Assembly: GCF_963506605.1 (NCBI RefSeq)
Contig: NC_083283.1
Span: forward strand, 57,164,001-57,228,000
Direction: 5' to 3'
Length of the DNA stretch: 64,000 nt
DNA from: Zootoca vivipara
Lineage: Eukaryota
Positions 12,760 to 25,340 of the stretch are shown in pieces. Within the stretch, counting starts at the first letter, position 1, and every line of letters starts with the position of its first letter. Under the pieces are notes generated by a model, which was not told the origin of the DNA, made no database searches, and saw nothing but the letters and a program-made list of their open reading frames with translations. The position numbers and the translations under genes were made by a program.

Positions 12760-13200
12760 GGCGCGCTCTGTCCCTTCCCTGTTTAACTCCCAGGGTGGAA
12801 AGAGCCTCTCCCGGACGCACTCACCGTCGGCGTCGAAGCGTTGCCAGAGGCGCAGAAAGGCAGCCGCCTCGAGGGAAGGCAGAAAGTCGCTGTCCATGGT
12901 TCTGATGCCGGAGAGACCGCGATGGGCAAAGGTCAGGGCGTCGGGTTGGCAAGTCCAAGCGGGCTGCGCGGCGCTCGGGCTGCTGGCCTCGAGTGCCCAA
13001 GAGGCGGGCGGGTTTTCAGAAGGCAGCCCAGCCGGGGACACGCCCAGGCTCCCCCCAAGATCCCACCTGCTGCCCGGAGAGAAGGTCGGAGCGAGCCAGC
13101 AAGCGAGGCAAATTCGGCTGCTTGCTGCCCCCTTTCGTGCCAAAGTTTCCCTTGTCACCTGCTTGGAGGAAGAGCTGCTGGGTTCGCCCTTGAAATGAGA
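12760..13200 (-). promoter_or_regulatory. CpG-rich region over SCGN exon 1, 5'UTR and promoter
   Basis: Abrupt rise in GC and CpG density around the SCGN start codon against AT-rich flanks; boundaries approximate. Confidence 0.75.
12825..12897 (-). CDS. SCGN: Secretagogin coding exon 1 (MDSDFLPSLEAAAFLRLWQRFDAD)
   Basis: ATG at 12897 in a strong Kozak context (ACCATGG); 73 nt, donor ACG|gtgagt; WQRFDAD motif. Confidence 0.95.
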
Positions 13201-15862
13201 CTGCTGCCACCAACTTTTGCTGTTTTTTTTGTAATGATATATCCTTGTAAGTAAGGCGAGAATATGAGGGGATTTATTGTTGCACAGAGGTGCAAGATGG
13301 AATTTAGAAGGCAGAGTCACCAGCTTAAAGGGACTTTGAAGAAGAAACAGCTGCAGTATTAAAAGCGGTTAATGAGTAGGATTAATTCAGAACTGCATTC
13401 GCGGTAGACAGAAGGGTCGGTTTGAAAGCTCGCTTTCCAGAGCTCTCTCGCTGTTTTTCGTTTTATATTGCCAGAGTTTCAGAGTTGCAACCCTTTCTAG
13501 AACTACAGGAGCTGTAGAGGAGCTAAACATGCATTACAAAGGAAGCCTATGGAGCTGTTGCTACTTTTGGAAACAATCCAAAAGTCACCTGAAATGAATA
13601 GAATGAAACCTATAGTGGTGACTTTAAATCAAGATTTATTTATCTTAAATGGGGAATATAAATTAGTTATTTACTGCACAGACAAGTACATTGTTAATTT
13701 GTGATGGGCAAGGGTGTAAAGGGGTAAATAAATATTACATAATTTTAATGTTGCTCATGCACACATTGAATTATTCATGAATTGCTCTGAAGCACCACCT
13801 CTGTTTTTAGTTAGTTTTCAGAGTGGCATCAGAGAGTGATATATATATACGGTATATATTGTGCCTGTTTTCCAGTATTCCTCATTTGAAAGGCTTGAAG
13901 TTTTTATGAACCACTGGTGGTAGACTGAATACTGAGCAAGATAGACCATGGGTTTCTGCAAATTATGGCAAACCTTGGTTCTTATGCTTTGATTATCTAC
14001 TGATCTGTGAATGCAGGACGTAAGTTATTAATGCTATATAACTCTTATCCCACATACTGGTGTTTAGAATTACATTAGTATGTGAAAGAGGAAAGGGCAA
14101 AACAACAACAACTACCTGTACGTTTTCCATTCTACATATCTGTTAGTGTTGGCAAACCTTAGCAGTTTTGAAGATTAGGATGTGAAATGGCATTTCGAAA
14201 TTAGAAGGGATTACAGGGTAATGCATTGCAGGGGGTTAGACTAGATGACCCTTGGAGTCCCTTCCAACTCTACAGTTCTATGATATCTTAGGCAAGCAAC
14301 CTGCAGAACTGTACTTTGTGAACACATTTGTGAACTACAGTTGCGTTATGCACATGGGCACCTGCAATATTAGCTAATGGGCAGAATATTGTTGTTATTA
14401 GTGGTGGCAACATCAAATTTCTCTTGAGTGGATCACTAGTCTAGAAAATCTAAACATACACAAGCACACAAACAGCTGAATTAAACCTGCCCAATATATA
14501 TTCATTTGTCAATTTGGCCTGATTGATAACAAATGGGGAAAAAAACCACACCACCCACTATCAAATTACACAAATAACGACTGGTGTGATGTAGAAGCTT
14601 CTGAAAACAGACACAAAGTCAATGCTGCATATTGAGGTGTGTGAGAGAGTTTCTTAGCAGCATGGCTACAGTTAAAAACTCTACTTGCTCCCTTCATTTT
14701 CCAGTAAAAATGTCCCGGAAAACCCGGGCATATGGCAGCCCATATTGGAAGTGTTGGAATCTCATTTTTGGGGGAGATTTTGCAAAAACAACAACAAAAT
14801 AAAACAAACCAACAACTCACCCCTGGTCTACATGATGATGCAAAACATTATAATGGGCATGTGCACACCTCTCCATTTCCATACAATTAGAACCTTGTGT
14901 TCCCTGCTGGCAACTGGGGAACTGTTTGTTGGAATGTCTAAAATACCATACGGTTATTCCTTTTACACTGTTGACATCAGAGAGTAACCCGTTAGGTTCC
15001 AAAGGTATTTAAGAACTAGGGGCAAGTGCACATCACAGAGATTTGCCTCTGGACAGGGTAAGATGGGAAATGGCTGGAGTCTCACTGGTTCTGAGCTTTG
15101 TAGTACACTCAGAACGTATATCCCTCCAGATGCCGCTAGGCTAGACTACAACTCCCATCATCCACGTACGTAGGGAATTATGGTTGGAGGTGATGGGAGT
15201 TGCAGTCCAACAACATCTGGAGTGCCACAGGTTTCCTGCCCCTGCTATATAAAAAAGATAAGGGGCAATGCAAAAGACCCAGGTTTGGATCTTCTGGGTT
15301 CCAGTAACACTGTACTAGTATTTAGTGGCAAATAGCTGTCAGCTCAAAGGTTGTGCCAGAAGCCTACATTCAAGAAAATCTTGGAGCAAGTTTGGCAGAA
15401 CTAATAGTTCACACAGAGGTCCCATTTTCCCACACACCAGCCTGCTATGACAGCTCCCCTGCATTAACATTTTAATAAAAGAAATATATAGAAATAATGG
15501 AGCTAATCTTAAGTCAATAAAACCCACCAAAACCTTTTATGCTCATTGAGCAGAAAGCATGTGGCTGTTGAAGGCCATTAAAGAGAAAGGAAACTTGCCA
15601 CAAGAACCGAAGCATTCAATTAACTCCGTGAGGTCCCAAACTGATTAGAATCACTATTGTGCTCTGGGGTAAAGGGTTTATGAAATATTAAAAGTGGTGT
15701 CTTGAAAAACAATTTCCTCCACATCTAATGAATGGGCTGAAGCAAACCCTTTCCAGAATTCTCCACTCCCAGGGATTGGGAGGGGGCCACGGAATAGGGT
15801 AGTTTTGCTTAAGGGGTCATTTGTGGCATCTACAAAGTTTGCTTTATGTCAAATATGGGAAG

Positions 15863-15864
<2 letters not shown>

Positions 15865-15909
<45 letters not shown>
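15865..15909. repeat. (CA)n microsatellite
   Basis: Direct dinucleotide run. Confidence 0.9.
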
Positions 15910-15912
<3 letters not shown>

Positions 15913-16019
15913 TTGGACATCTCCCTTTCCCCACAGTAATTACCATGTGGGCTTGAGCATCCAGATTCCAATATATCTGTTGCTCCAGTTCAGTGCAAGG
16001 GCTCTGATAACTCTTCAGC

Positions 16020-16312
16020 AGCTGAATGGCTCAGCTGGTTAGAAAGTGGGGCTAATAATGCCAAGGTTGCAGGTTCAATCCCCATAAGGGACAGCTGCAT
16101 ATTCCTGCATTGCAGGGGGTTTGGCTAGATCAGGCATAGGCAAACTCAGCCCTCCAGATGTTTTGGGACTACAACTCCCATCATCCCTGACCACTGGTTC
16201 TGTTAGCTAGGGATAATGGGAGTTGTAGTCCCAAAACATCTGGAGGGTCGAGTTTGCCTATGCTTGGGCTAGTAGATGATCCTTAGGGTTCCTTCCAACT
16301 CTATGATTCTAT
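16020..16312 (+). mobile_element. tRNA-headed SINE with CR1-type tail, interrupted by a MITE
   Basis: A/B-box-like head (TGGCTCAGCTGG...GGTTCAATCCC), body ATTCCTGCATTGCAGGGGG, tail TTCCAACTCTATGATTCTAT. Confidence 0.7.
16131..16266. mobile_element. Palindromic hAT MITE (CTACAACTCCCATC family) nested in a SINE
   Basis: Long TIRs CAGGCATAGGCAAACTC... / ...GAGTTTGCCTATGCTTG; flanks GGCTAGAT / GGCTAGTA (imperfect 8-bp TSD). Older relatives near 15120, 16390, 32365, 35545 and 44130. Confidence 0.8.
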
Positions 16313-16588
16313 TTCACCACAGCCAACACCATTGCATCATGCTGCAAACCACTGATCCTGGAACAATTTCATACAGATTAGAACAGTTGTTGGGAACCTT
16401 TGACTGCCCAGATGTTGCTGAACCACAGCTCCCTTCATCCCTGGCCATCGGCCATGCTTGCTAGGGCTGATGCGGTGCAGCAACATCTGGAAAGCTAAAA
16501 GTTCCCCATGCCTGTGTTAGAAGAACCAAAGAAGGCCTCAGATTCAATAAACCCATCTTGTGTATGGCTTTTGCTCCACATCACCCAC

Positions 16589-16678
16589 CATAGCTGCCAA
16601 GTTTTCCCTTTTCTCGCGAGGAAGCCTATTCAGCATAAGGGAAAATCCCTTTAAAAAAGGGATAACTTGGCAGCTATG
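16589..16678. mobile_element. 90-bp hAT MITE
   Basis: Perfect 15-bp TIR CATAGCTGCCAAGTT; perfect 8-bp TSD TCACCCAC (16581-16588, 16679-16686). Confidence 0.88.
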
Positions 16679-17954
16679 TCACCCACCTAACCCCACCTTA
16701 GCAAGGTACTTGTAAAGAGGGACATCATTATTACATGAAGAGAATGAAGATTATCACTATCATTATTACGATAAAATGCATTGTTAAAATTCTTATAACT
16801 CAAGCTGAAAAGAAATATTTGAAATAAAAAAGGTATTCTGAGTTTTAAATTTAACAAGCATTATGTTAAAGCCTGCAAAATGCATTTAAGTGCATTGAAA
16901 ACTGGATAGGCTTTTATGAAAGAAAACGAAAGGCACTAATTAAATTGTCTACGTGTGGTTGTCTCAGCTATTGACTTATTTTGTCCTCATGATTGTATAG
17001 TAACACAATGCAAACAAGCTAAGCTTCTCGCACAGTACTGAACAATAAGTATTGACGAAAATGACTGTAGTTGCCACACCACATTCTATTTGCTATTTTG
17101 TAAGAATGTTCGCAATCAAATTTTCTTTTTGCAAAAGATAATGACTGTATCACAGATGGAAGTAAAGCCTTATCCAACCTCCCAACCCTCAAATTATCAA
17201 AAGCTGTTACAAGTTTCTTCAAGCTGTAAGATGCTGCTAGAAGTAGAGTGAAGCATTTATAGGAGTACTGGAATTGTTCAGCATTCAGATCTGCCTTCTG
17301 TTGAACAAAAGCTTTTGATACTGCAGGAGGGCTGGAATCCTAGGACTTAAACCTCAAATTTAGGAGACCAGAGGCTAGATTCCTCCCCCACCCTCGAGGA
17401 ACATCGTTTGCTTGTAAATATGTGTAGTACAAACTCTATTTCTTAAAGACACTAGTCTCTGCTGTGCCTTGATTTCCGAATGGGAACACAACCCTTGGTG
17501 AACATCTGGAATCCCCTGAAATCTTGTTGCTGCTTGGCAGAGATTGGGGGTGGTGCACAACCTCTGTAACAATATGTTACTGGTGCAGCATGGGAGCTGC
17601 TAGCCCATGTCACTCACCTGAAATTAGCACTATCACCTCCCAGATATAAGCCCAAAAACAAGTTAGAAGGAGCAGTTACGAGAAAGAGTTGGAAACTAGG
17701 AAGTCCCTGGTTCCAATCTCGTTTTGGGTTTAACCTTAATAGATGATCTTAGGGCAAGTTATCTCTGAGCCTCGGCCATCCCACCTGAAAAAAGGGAAAG
17801 TGTATCCCACCTGAAAAAAAGGGAAAGTGTATCTTGTCTACCTTAGTTGGGGTAAGGTTTACTGTCAACATATGTGAAGTCCTTTGAGTATGCAGGAAAA
17901 AGCAATTATTTTTTGCTGAAAGGCAACTGTGGTCTAAATGATTCCACCACCATA

Positions 17955-18308
17955 AGGTAAAGGTAAAGGGACCCCTGACCATTAGGTCCAGTCGTGACCG
18001 ACTCTGGGGTTGCGCGCTCATCTTGCATTATTGGCCGAGGGAGCCGGCGTATAGCTTCCAGGTCATGTGGCCAGCATGACAAAGCCGCTTCTGGCAAACC
18101 AGAGCAGCACATGGAAACGCCGTTTACCTTCCCGCTGTAGTGGTTCCTATTTATCTACTTGCATTTTGATGTGCTTTCGAACTGCTAGGTGGGCAGGAGC
18201 TGGGACCAAGCAACGGGAGCTCACCCCGTCACAGGGATTCGAACTGCCAACCTTCTGATCAGCAAGCCCTAGGCTCAGTGGTTTAACCCACAGCGCCACC
18301 TGGGTCCC
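17955..18308 (-). mobile_element. Sauria SINE with long TSD
   Basis: Full-length copy flanked by the identical 25-mer TGGTCTAAATGATTCCACCACCATA (17930-17954, 18313-18337). Confidence 0.92.
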
Positions 18309-19305
18309 TCTATGGTCTAAATGATTCCACCACCATACAGAGCTCTTAAATGTGTATTATGTCCATGACCCATGTCAGCATATCACAAGGTGTGAATACA
18401 AGGTCAGGTCAATAGCTGTGAATACCAATACGAACTTTCTTCAACAGACATACTTGTTAAGGGGAATAAATATAGCCCAGGATAAGAACCACAAATGGGC
18501 CCCTAAAGGTCAAACAATTCAGACATACAACTGAATGCAAAATTATGTAGAATTTTAGTTTTAACTTTATAAACGTGGAATGTTCGATGATAATATACAA
18601 TTGCATGTCTGACGGATGATTTAAGACTACAAAGAAAACACGCTTATCTGCCTCACAGCATACAATTTAAATTGAACTTGACAGACATGGTTTTGCCAAA
18701 CAAGCCTTTTCAAAGCAGCTGAGAAGATATTTGATATGAACAACAGGCAGCAGCCCACTAAGGGGGTCTTTGAATGTTGAAATAAACATTCAAAGTGGGG
18801 GAATTGATCAAAGACATGCTGATAGCTGAACAAAGTTGACACATCACTTTCCAGTCAGACCCTGCTATGCAAGAACAGCTAAAATAAAAATTTGATTCTG
18901 TCTTGTTTTAAAAATGATCAAATCCTAACCTTATTTTATTTGTAATATTTATGCTGAACACCTGTGGTCTGAAGAACAGAAAGATATGAAAGCCTGCGAC
19001 ATTTCCACAAATATATTTCCTGCATATCCAGCAACAGTGAAAATCAATTCACCAAGGCACCTACCTTGAAGAAATATGTAGATTGGAACTCATGGCTAGA
19101 TGCTGATGATGAAAATGTGTTAGGCACCTCTGGGTAACTGTTGGTGGAAGGTCCTTTGAGTACAAGTTTACCCCAACCTACAGATAATGCCATGGACTTT
19201 TAGCTAGGGTGCCACAAACTTCTCTACAATGTTTTTATGCTGAAAGGAAGTAAAAGACTGGTCACAAGGATGCAATAACATGTAATGTGGGATAGTGAAG
19301 ATGAC

Positions 19306-19309
<4 letters not shown>

Positions 19310-19365
<56 letters not shown>
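19310..19365. repeat. (GT)n microsatellite
   Basis: Direct dinucleotide run. Confidence 0.9.
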
Positions 19366-19367
<2 letters not shown>

Positions 19368-20169
19368 CAGTTAAGCTACATTGGTGCAACCCACAATCTG
19401 CCTCTGTTCATTCTCTTACGGTAGTCCATTCACTCCATTCTGTGTTGTGGCTTTGGGTAGAACAATCTTAGTCACACTCTGTCTACAGGCAGCCTGTTTT
19501 AGCTCCACCCCCTAGTGATGCTCTTACTAGAAGACTCCTGTCTGACAACCAAGAGGAGGTACTTCCCAGAATTGAAAGAATGCCCCATTCTAGAACTACT
19601 AGATAGATCACTCTGTTACTAGCCAGCCAGGCAGGGATAAGTTGGAAAGCTGAACAGGCCCTCCCCATAGCATCTCAACACTACCTGTACCCAAGAGAAG
19701 GTGCGACTGCAGAAGGAAACAACTGCCTTTGCCAGCAAACTTCTTAGGAGAGAAAGGGAGCCTCTGCCCTTTGACTGCTGTTGCTTGCTGATCTGCATTA
19801 TGCTTACACAAAGGAGAAGCCTTTTTCTGTAGCGACTGCCTGACTTTGAAATACCCTCCCTGGGGAGGTTCAATTGGCATTATCATCTTTTTGATGCCTG
19901 CTGACGCCATTTTTGTTTGCTCATGAAGTTTAAAAGGGTTACATTTGTTTTTGATGCATTTTTTAAAGCTGTTGTCTTTTAGTTGTATGCTGGTTTTTTA
20001 ATGTTTATGTTTCACTTTTATTTTATTTGGTTATTGTGGTCAATTTCCTTGGAATCTGTTTGGATGAAGGGTGGCTTGGAATGTAATTAATTAATTAAAC
20101 CATTTTTTTTTCTATCATAGCTCTGGAAGGGGGAAAGTGCAACACTATAAACAAGCGTGGCCGCTTCTG

Positions 20170-20489
20170 TTGTCTCCACCTCCACCATTCTGCCCGGACA
20201 CTGAGGTCCAGCACCGAGGGCCTTCTGGTGGTTCCATCGTTGCAAGAAGCCAAGTTGCAGGGAACTAGGCAGAGGGCCTTCTCGGTGGTGGCGCCTGCCC
20301 TGTGGAAGGCCCTCCCAACACATGTCAAAGAGGAAAACAACTACCAGACTTTTAGAAGACATCTGAAGGCTTTTAATCAGGGAGGCTTTTAATGCTTAAT
20401 AGATTACTGTGATTTATTTTTCTGTTGGAAGCCGCCCAGAGTGGCTGGGGAAACCCAGCCAGATGGGTGGGGTATAAATAATAATAATG

Positions 20490-20533
<44 letters not shown>
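20170..20533 (+). mobile_element. L2 LINE 3' end with (AAT)n tail
   Basis: High similarity to 61060-61335 (CTGCCCGGACACTGAG...CAGAGTGGCTGGG...GGGTATA), ending in an AAT microsatellite. Confidence 0.75.
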
Positions 20534-20534
<1 letters not shown>

Positions 20535-22221
20535 GGCTCAGGAACCACATAAAGGAATCGGAAACCATCCCTCCAACTTTTTAATTAAAAGATTAACGTG
20601 GCACTGAAACATAGTACTCTATGGACACTGATGGTACAATCATATTGACAAACTTGTTGGGTTTTACATTGACTGGTAATGAAACAAAACGTCTATGCCA
20701 CTGTCCCTTTCCCAACCTATAATGCTCAAATTTTTCTGCCAGAGGGTTTTGAAGAAAAAAGCTTATGGGAAACGAGGAGATAAGACTTACTTCATTTCCC
20801 CCTCTGCTGTGCCTTTCAGCAGTCATTTAGAGTTAACTTTGCTGAATCCAAGCAAATTGGATTTGTGCAGATAGCAGCCCTATCCCTTTCCTGGACACGG
20901 TCAATCTAATTAAAACAACAGTTCTTCTAAGAGAGCTTTTATATCTTCCTCTGGTTCTACATGTTCACTTCCTCATTTGAAGAAAGAAAAATGAAAGATG
21001 GAAAAACCCAGGGTCACTTTGCTTTGCTCACCAGATATGGTTACGAACAACCTTTCTGAAATAATATTACCTAAATGATTATTGTAGAGAAAAAGATTAA
21101 CATTTCTAATGTTCAACCTTACCTCTCTGGTTCACTAGATCCCATTTATTTTCATAGAACCCACTTAAACTAATAATAATGGCTGTGGCATAATAGATTA
21201 AATAATGGTAGAGTTGACCTCTGCCTTCTTACGTGTTGAATTACTTCATTTGCTGTATATTATAGGCTGAAAGAGAAACTTGGCAGTAGTCCTATAAGGT
21301 AAGGACTTGTCTTGAGGGCAAACCATGTTGCATGCAACTGTCTGAACAGTCTTTATTTTTATTTTTTAAAGCAATTTTAGGATGCTACATTTTTCAGCAG
21401 AGAAGGATATGATACTTAAAAACTCTTCCTATCCTCTGCCAAAGCTATCCCTCTTTATGGAATTTGCAGGTGTCTATTTATAAAAGGAAATTACATACTG
21501 GGACCTTGCAGGGAGGAAGCAACGGAAAGGGGCAGTGCTGAGCAGGAAAGAGTTAAGCATCACTCGTTTTTCCACTCAAAATGACAGGAATATTTTTCAG
21601 TAAAATAAAATGCTGTGGATTCACTACTCTCATTTGCATGTAACATGCCTTTTAACGAAGGCCAGGGCAGCCCTGTACACAGAGCCTTCCCCTCTTAAAA
21701 CTAAGGCATGCCTGATATAACCAACTTTCCTTAATTTAGCCTCCGTTAGTTTTAATATTTGGTTAACAGTAACAGAACATTTTTGGTTACTGTTGGTTAA
21801 GCGAACCAGTTAATGAACAGATACATATCGGTGTTTGATCCCTTGGTGACAGAGAAAGGTAGGCAGGGGGAGGGATCTGTTGATTCACTGGCAGAAACAT
21901 ACAGAAAGCATCACAATAGAATTGTGTAAAGGTGATGGGTTCTTTTGCAGCAATATGCCTCATATTCTGCAATGTTATGTTCAGAAGAAATGAATGACTT
22001 TTAAAAAGAAATACATTTTTTGTTCTCATGAAGTTACTTGCTACATTATGTACAAAAATGATTTGAAAGAATTTAAATGCTAAGTACGCCTATATTTAGG
22101 GTTTGGAAAAAAGTTTTTTACCGGAGGTATGGAACTATAGATTTAAAATTTATAAATTACAAAGGCTTCAAGAAAGTACTTCTTTAAAATTAGAAATTCA
22201 TATTCCAGTTGTAAAATCATT

Positions 22222-22227
22222 TTTATT
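22222..22227 (-). terminator. Candidate CARMIL1 polyadenylation signal AATAAA
   Basis: TTTATT on + (AATAAA on -) about 0.9 kb past the stop codon, followed by U-rich sequence; another candidate near 22652. Confidence 0.45.
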
Positions 22228-23119
22228 GGTACAAATATACATTATGAATAAACTCCCTTCAGCGTGTATTATAAGCAGATGCCTGTGAAATATGCAAAGG
22301 GAAAAAAAGAATTGCTTTTACAGACAAGAATATACTTTTCTTTCAAAAGTACATGTTAGAAGCTAGAGAGAATGCAGACTGACCCCCTAAGGTGCCCTCT
22401 AGAAAATAGCAATAGTAATAAAAGGTCCATTGCCCTCATTCCAATCAACAACAAACATTTACTTATGGATATGGAAGCATATGAAGTTATTAGTAATTCT
22501 GGGTTGTTGTTGTTTTGTGCTTTAGAACAGTACACAAAATGTAGGATATTGTGTTCTTATATACAGTACAACAAACGAGAAAAAAGGTCTCCCAAAGGAG
22601 AATGTAAAAATCATACCCAAGCATCTAATATATATTATTTATACAAATTATTTTATTAGTGTGCTCTGTTGATATAATTACAATGTGCAATTGCATTCAG
22701 CAAGAATATATTTATAAAGTAAGTTGCGTGCAAGTTTGACACATTTACAGTACAACATCTCTCATGCTGCACAGTGTGGGTTAGTGTAAGAAATCGTCCA
22801 GTTCCTTTGCTTGGGGTTTCCTCCCGCAAAGCCCCGCAAAGCAAGGCATTATTTTTATAGCTGCTTCAGAGAAATTCAAGTAGAAGACATGAAAAAGTTG
22901 CTGGCTTTTGCAAAGGCGAAAGGGAATGTCTGGAATTGTACAGATCAGGAAAAAAACCCAAGGATCAGAGTCATGAAGTTCAGTTACCAGTGGAATCACT
23001 GACACCCCCCCCCCCATTTCCAAATGCCCCTCTATAAAAGGAGGGTAACTGATCAAAAAGAGGGATAAGCGGCACCCTTATTGTTACAAAAGAGAACTGC
23101 CAAACACACAACCAACCAA

Positions 23120-23241
23120 CTAAACAAAAATAAAATCTTTATCAGCTTCTTCACCAGAGTCACTGGACTTGCTTCCCTGCTGGCCATCTTTACTTAAAGA
23201 CCTCTGTTTCTGCTCCTGGTGTCCTGGGCTTCTCTTTGGAC
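23120..23241 (-). CDS. CARMIL1: CARMIL1 terminal coding exon ((G)PKRSPGHQEQKQRSLSKDGQQGSKSSDSGEEADKDFIFV*)
   Basis: Acceptor cttctgatacag|GT, phase 1, stop TAG at 23120-23122; C-terminus matches the CARMIL1 end ...SGEEAEKEFIFV. Confidence 0.93.
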
Positions 23242-24829
23242 CTGTATCAGAAGACAGAATGTTGAGTTGGGAAGTTGCGGAGTGGACGTCTTCATCTGCT
23301 ATGACCCCAGAGCTATTCATTAGGACCCCAATATCTGCTCTGTTGCTCCAAATTGTTAATTGATTAGAGTTCTGTGTAACTCAAAAGCTCATACCCTACG
23401 TTCCAAATAGAAGCTGGTTAAAATAGCAAGTTATGGCCAACACCCAAAGGGTATCACAGATAGTGGCGGGATTTCCAGTTATCATATATGGCAGGGCACA
23501 ATCAACACTGACGGGAACTGTCACATTTTCCTGAGCAGAAAGCTCACTCGGAGGACAGGCACTTTCAAAGCAGCACGAATCAAGTTAGGCCCTGCACATG
23601 GGGCCCTATCAAACCCAAAGAAACCTTGACAGTAGTGCTTTTTGATAGTTTTGGTTCTTTTATTCTTTTGATTACTTCTTGACCCAGAAAGGGATCCACG
23701 TGTTACCTTTCCATGACTGGAGAGCAGAAATTACCTCATTAGTGTGCAAGTGGAAACACAAACTTGAAACCAACAGAAGGTGGCAAAAATACAGCGATTA
23801 AACCAAACCAAACCATATGAGAACTTGTTTACATTGTAAATGTAGCATCAACTTTTATAATAAATGAACACAGCAAAACTTACATCTGTTTAAAAAGACA
23901 AGATGATGGTAGTTTTTAATCATATATAAAATCTACAACTAGCCTTACCAAGCAGCCAAGTTGGCATCAAGCTGTTGTTGCTGTACAGACAATTTATCTT
24001 CCATGAAGATAAATGGTTTGCTTTTGACTTCTACTGCAATCTTCTTATATTGCACACATTGTCAAACTCATTTCATCATAGGCCAAAAGTGGGTAAGTGT
24101 AACGCAGGAGTTTAGAGTAAATTGTTGCCTCCCCCCCCCCACAGCAGAATGCATGTTATGTGGAATGCATTATAAAAAACAATGTGCTTGAATATGCACA
24201 GGTCAACAATTATACCGATAATCCTTCCCTAAGATAATAACTGAAATTGCTCTCATTCTCTTTAAAGCTCTGATGAGTCACATATGCAATGGGGCATATT
24301 CTCAAAACAGAAGAAATTCCTCCATGTTTGGCAAGTGAGCACATCTGCTTGTTTCCCATTATTCAGAATTCACCAAAAATACAATTCCACTCTATTCATT
24401 ATCATGTGAAAACATACTCACTGGAAAGTTAAATGTAAGACCAAGAATTCTGAGAGAAAAGAAGAGAATGGGTGAAAACTAAAAATCAGATTTAAAGGTT
24501 TGATTGCTGAGCTGCAATACATGGTAATTAGGTGATATAAGGCCCATTTATTTTAGCACTGAATAGGTAAAAGATCAAACTTTTTTTGCTGCAGTGCTTT
24601 TGTTTAGCACAGCATTTAAAAACCTGCAAGTATGAGAAGTACTTCCTAACATACAAAAATGAATAATGCAGTTGGAAAGGAAATATTTTCATGTCATATG
24701 CTATTCATTAAGACTGCTACCCTGTGAGGAACATGTAACTCTCTCTAAAATTGCTCCTGCACATTAGAGTTCATTTTCAGAAACTAACTTTCTCAGGAAG
24801 GAAGTCTTAGGAACTAAGGCACATAGTGG

Positions 24830-25340
24830 TGTCAAGAGTCAAATTAAAAACTGAAACATCACTAGGTCTGGATGGCATCCACAGAAGAGTTCTTAAGGAA
24901 CTCAAATGTGAATTTGCTGATCTTCTAACAAAAACATCACAGGACAGGCCCTTAAGATCAGCTCTTGTAGCCGAGGACTGGAAGGTGGCCAGGAGAACAA
25001 CAGTTTTAAGAAGGGAACTAAAGGGGAGCTGGTGGGAGGTTTAAAGGCAGAATTACCATACATACAGAAGAACAAGTCTTGCTGAAGCAGAACCAGCAAG
25101 GCTTCTGCAAGAGTAGGTCCTGTCTCACTAACCTATTAGAGATCTCTGAGAGTGTCAATGAGCACACAGAGGAGATCCAGTTGACACTGCGTACTTTGAA
25201 AATGCTTTCATAAAGTACCTCACCAAAGACTCCTGAGCAAGTTTATCAGTCATGGAATAAGAAGAAATATCCTCTTGTGGATCAGTAGGTGGTTAAGGAA
25301 CAAGAAGCAGAGAGTGATAATAAATGGACTAATTCCCCAA
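24830..25340 (+). mobile_element. CR1 LINE ORF2 (reverse transcriptase) fragment, frameshifted
   Basis: Remnant peptides GLDGIHRRVLKELK...EDWKVA, SCLTNLLE, HQRLLSK..SHGI, WL.N.KQRV. Confidence 0.8.

Noticed and set aside
12898-13320. 141-codon in-frame N-terminal extension of SCGN (ORF 12757..13320)
   Set aside because: Starts at GTG with no in-frame ATG; the open frame is largely explained by GC richness; the ATG at 12897 has an ideal Kozak context and matches the known N-terminus
17778-17833. Direct repeat of about 27 bp (ATCCCACCTGAAAAAAGGGAAAGTGT x2), superficially array-like
   Set aside because: Only two adjacent copies with no spacers, inside a degenerate SINE; a simple slippage duplication, not CRISPR-like
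23242-23371. Open frame continuing upstream of the CARMIL1 last exon (MNSSGVIADEDV...)
   Set aside because: The acceptor at 23241 fits the phase-1 donor; the upstream cacag acceptor is phase 0 and I found no compatible donor
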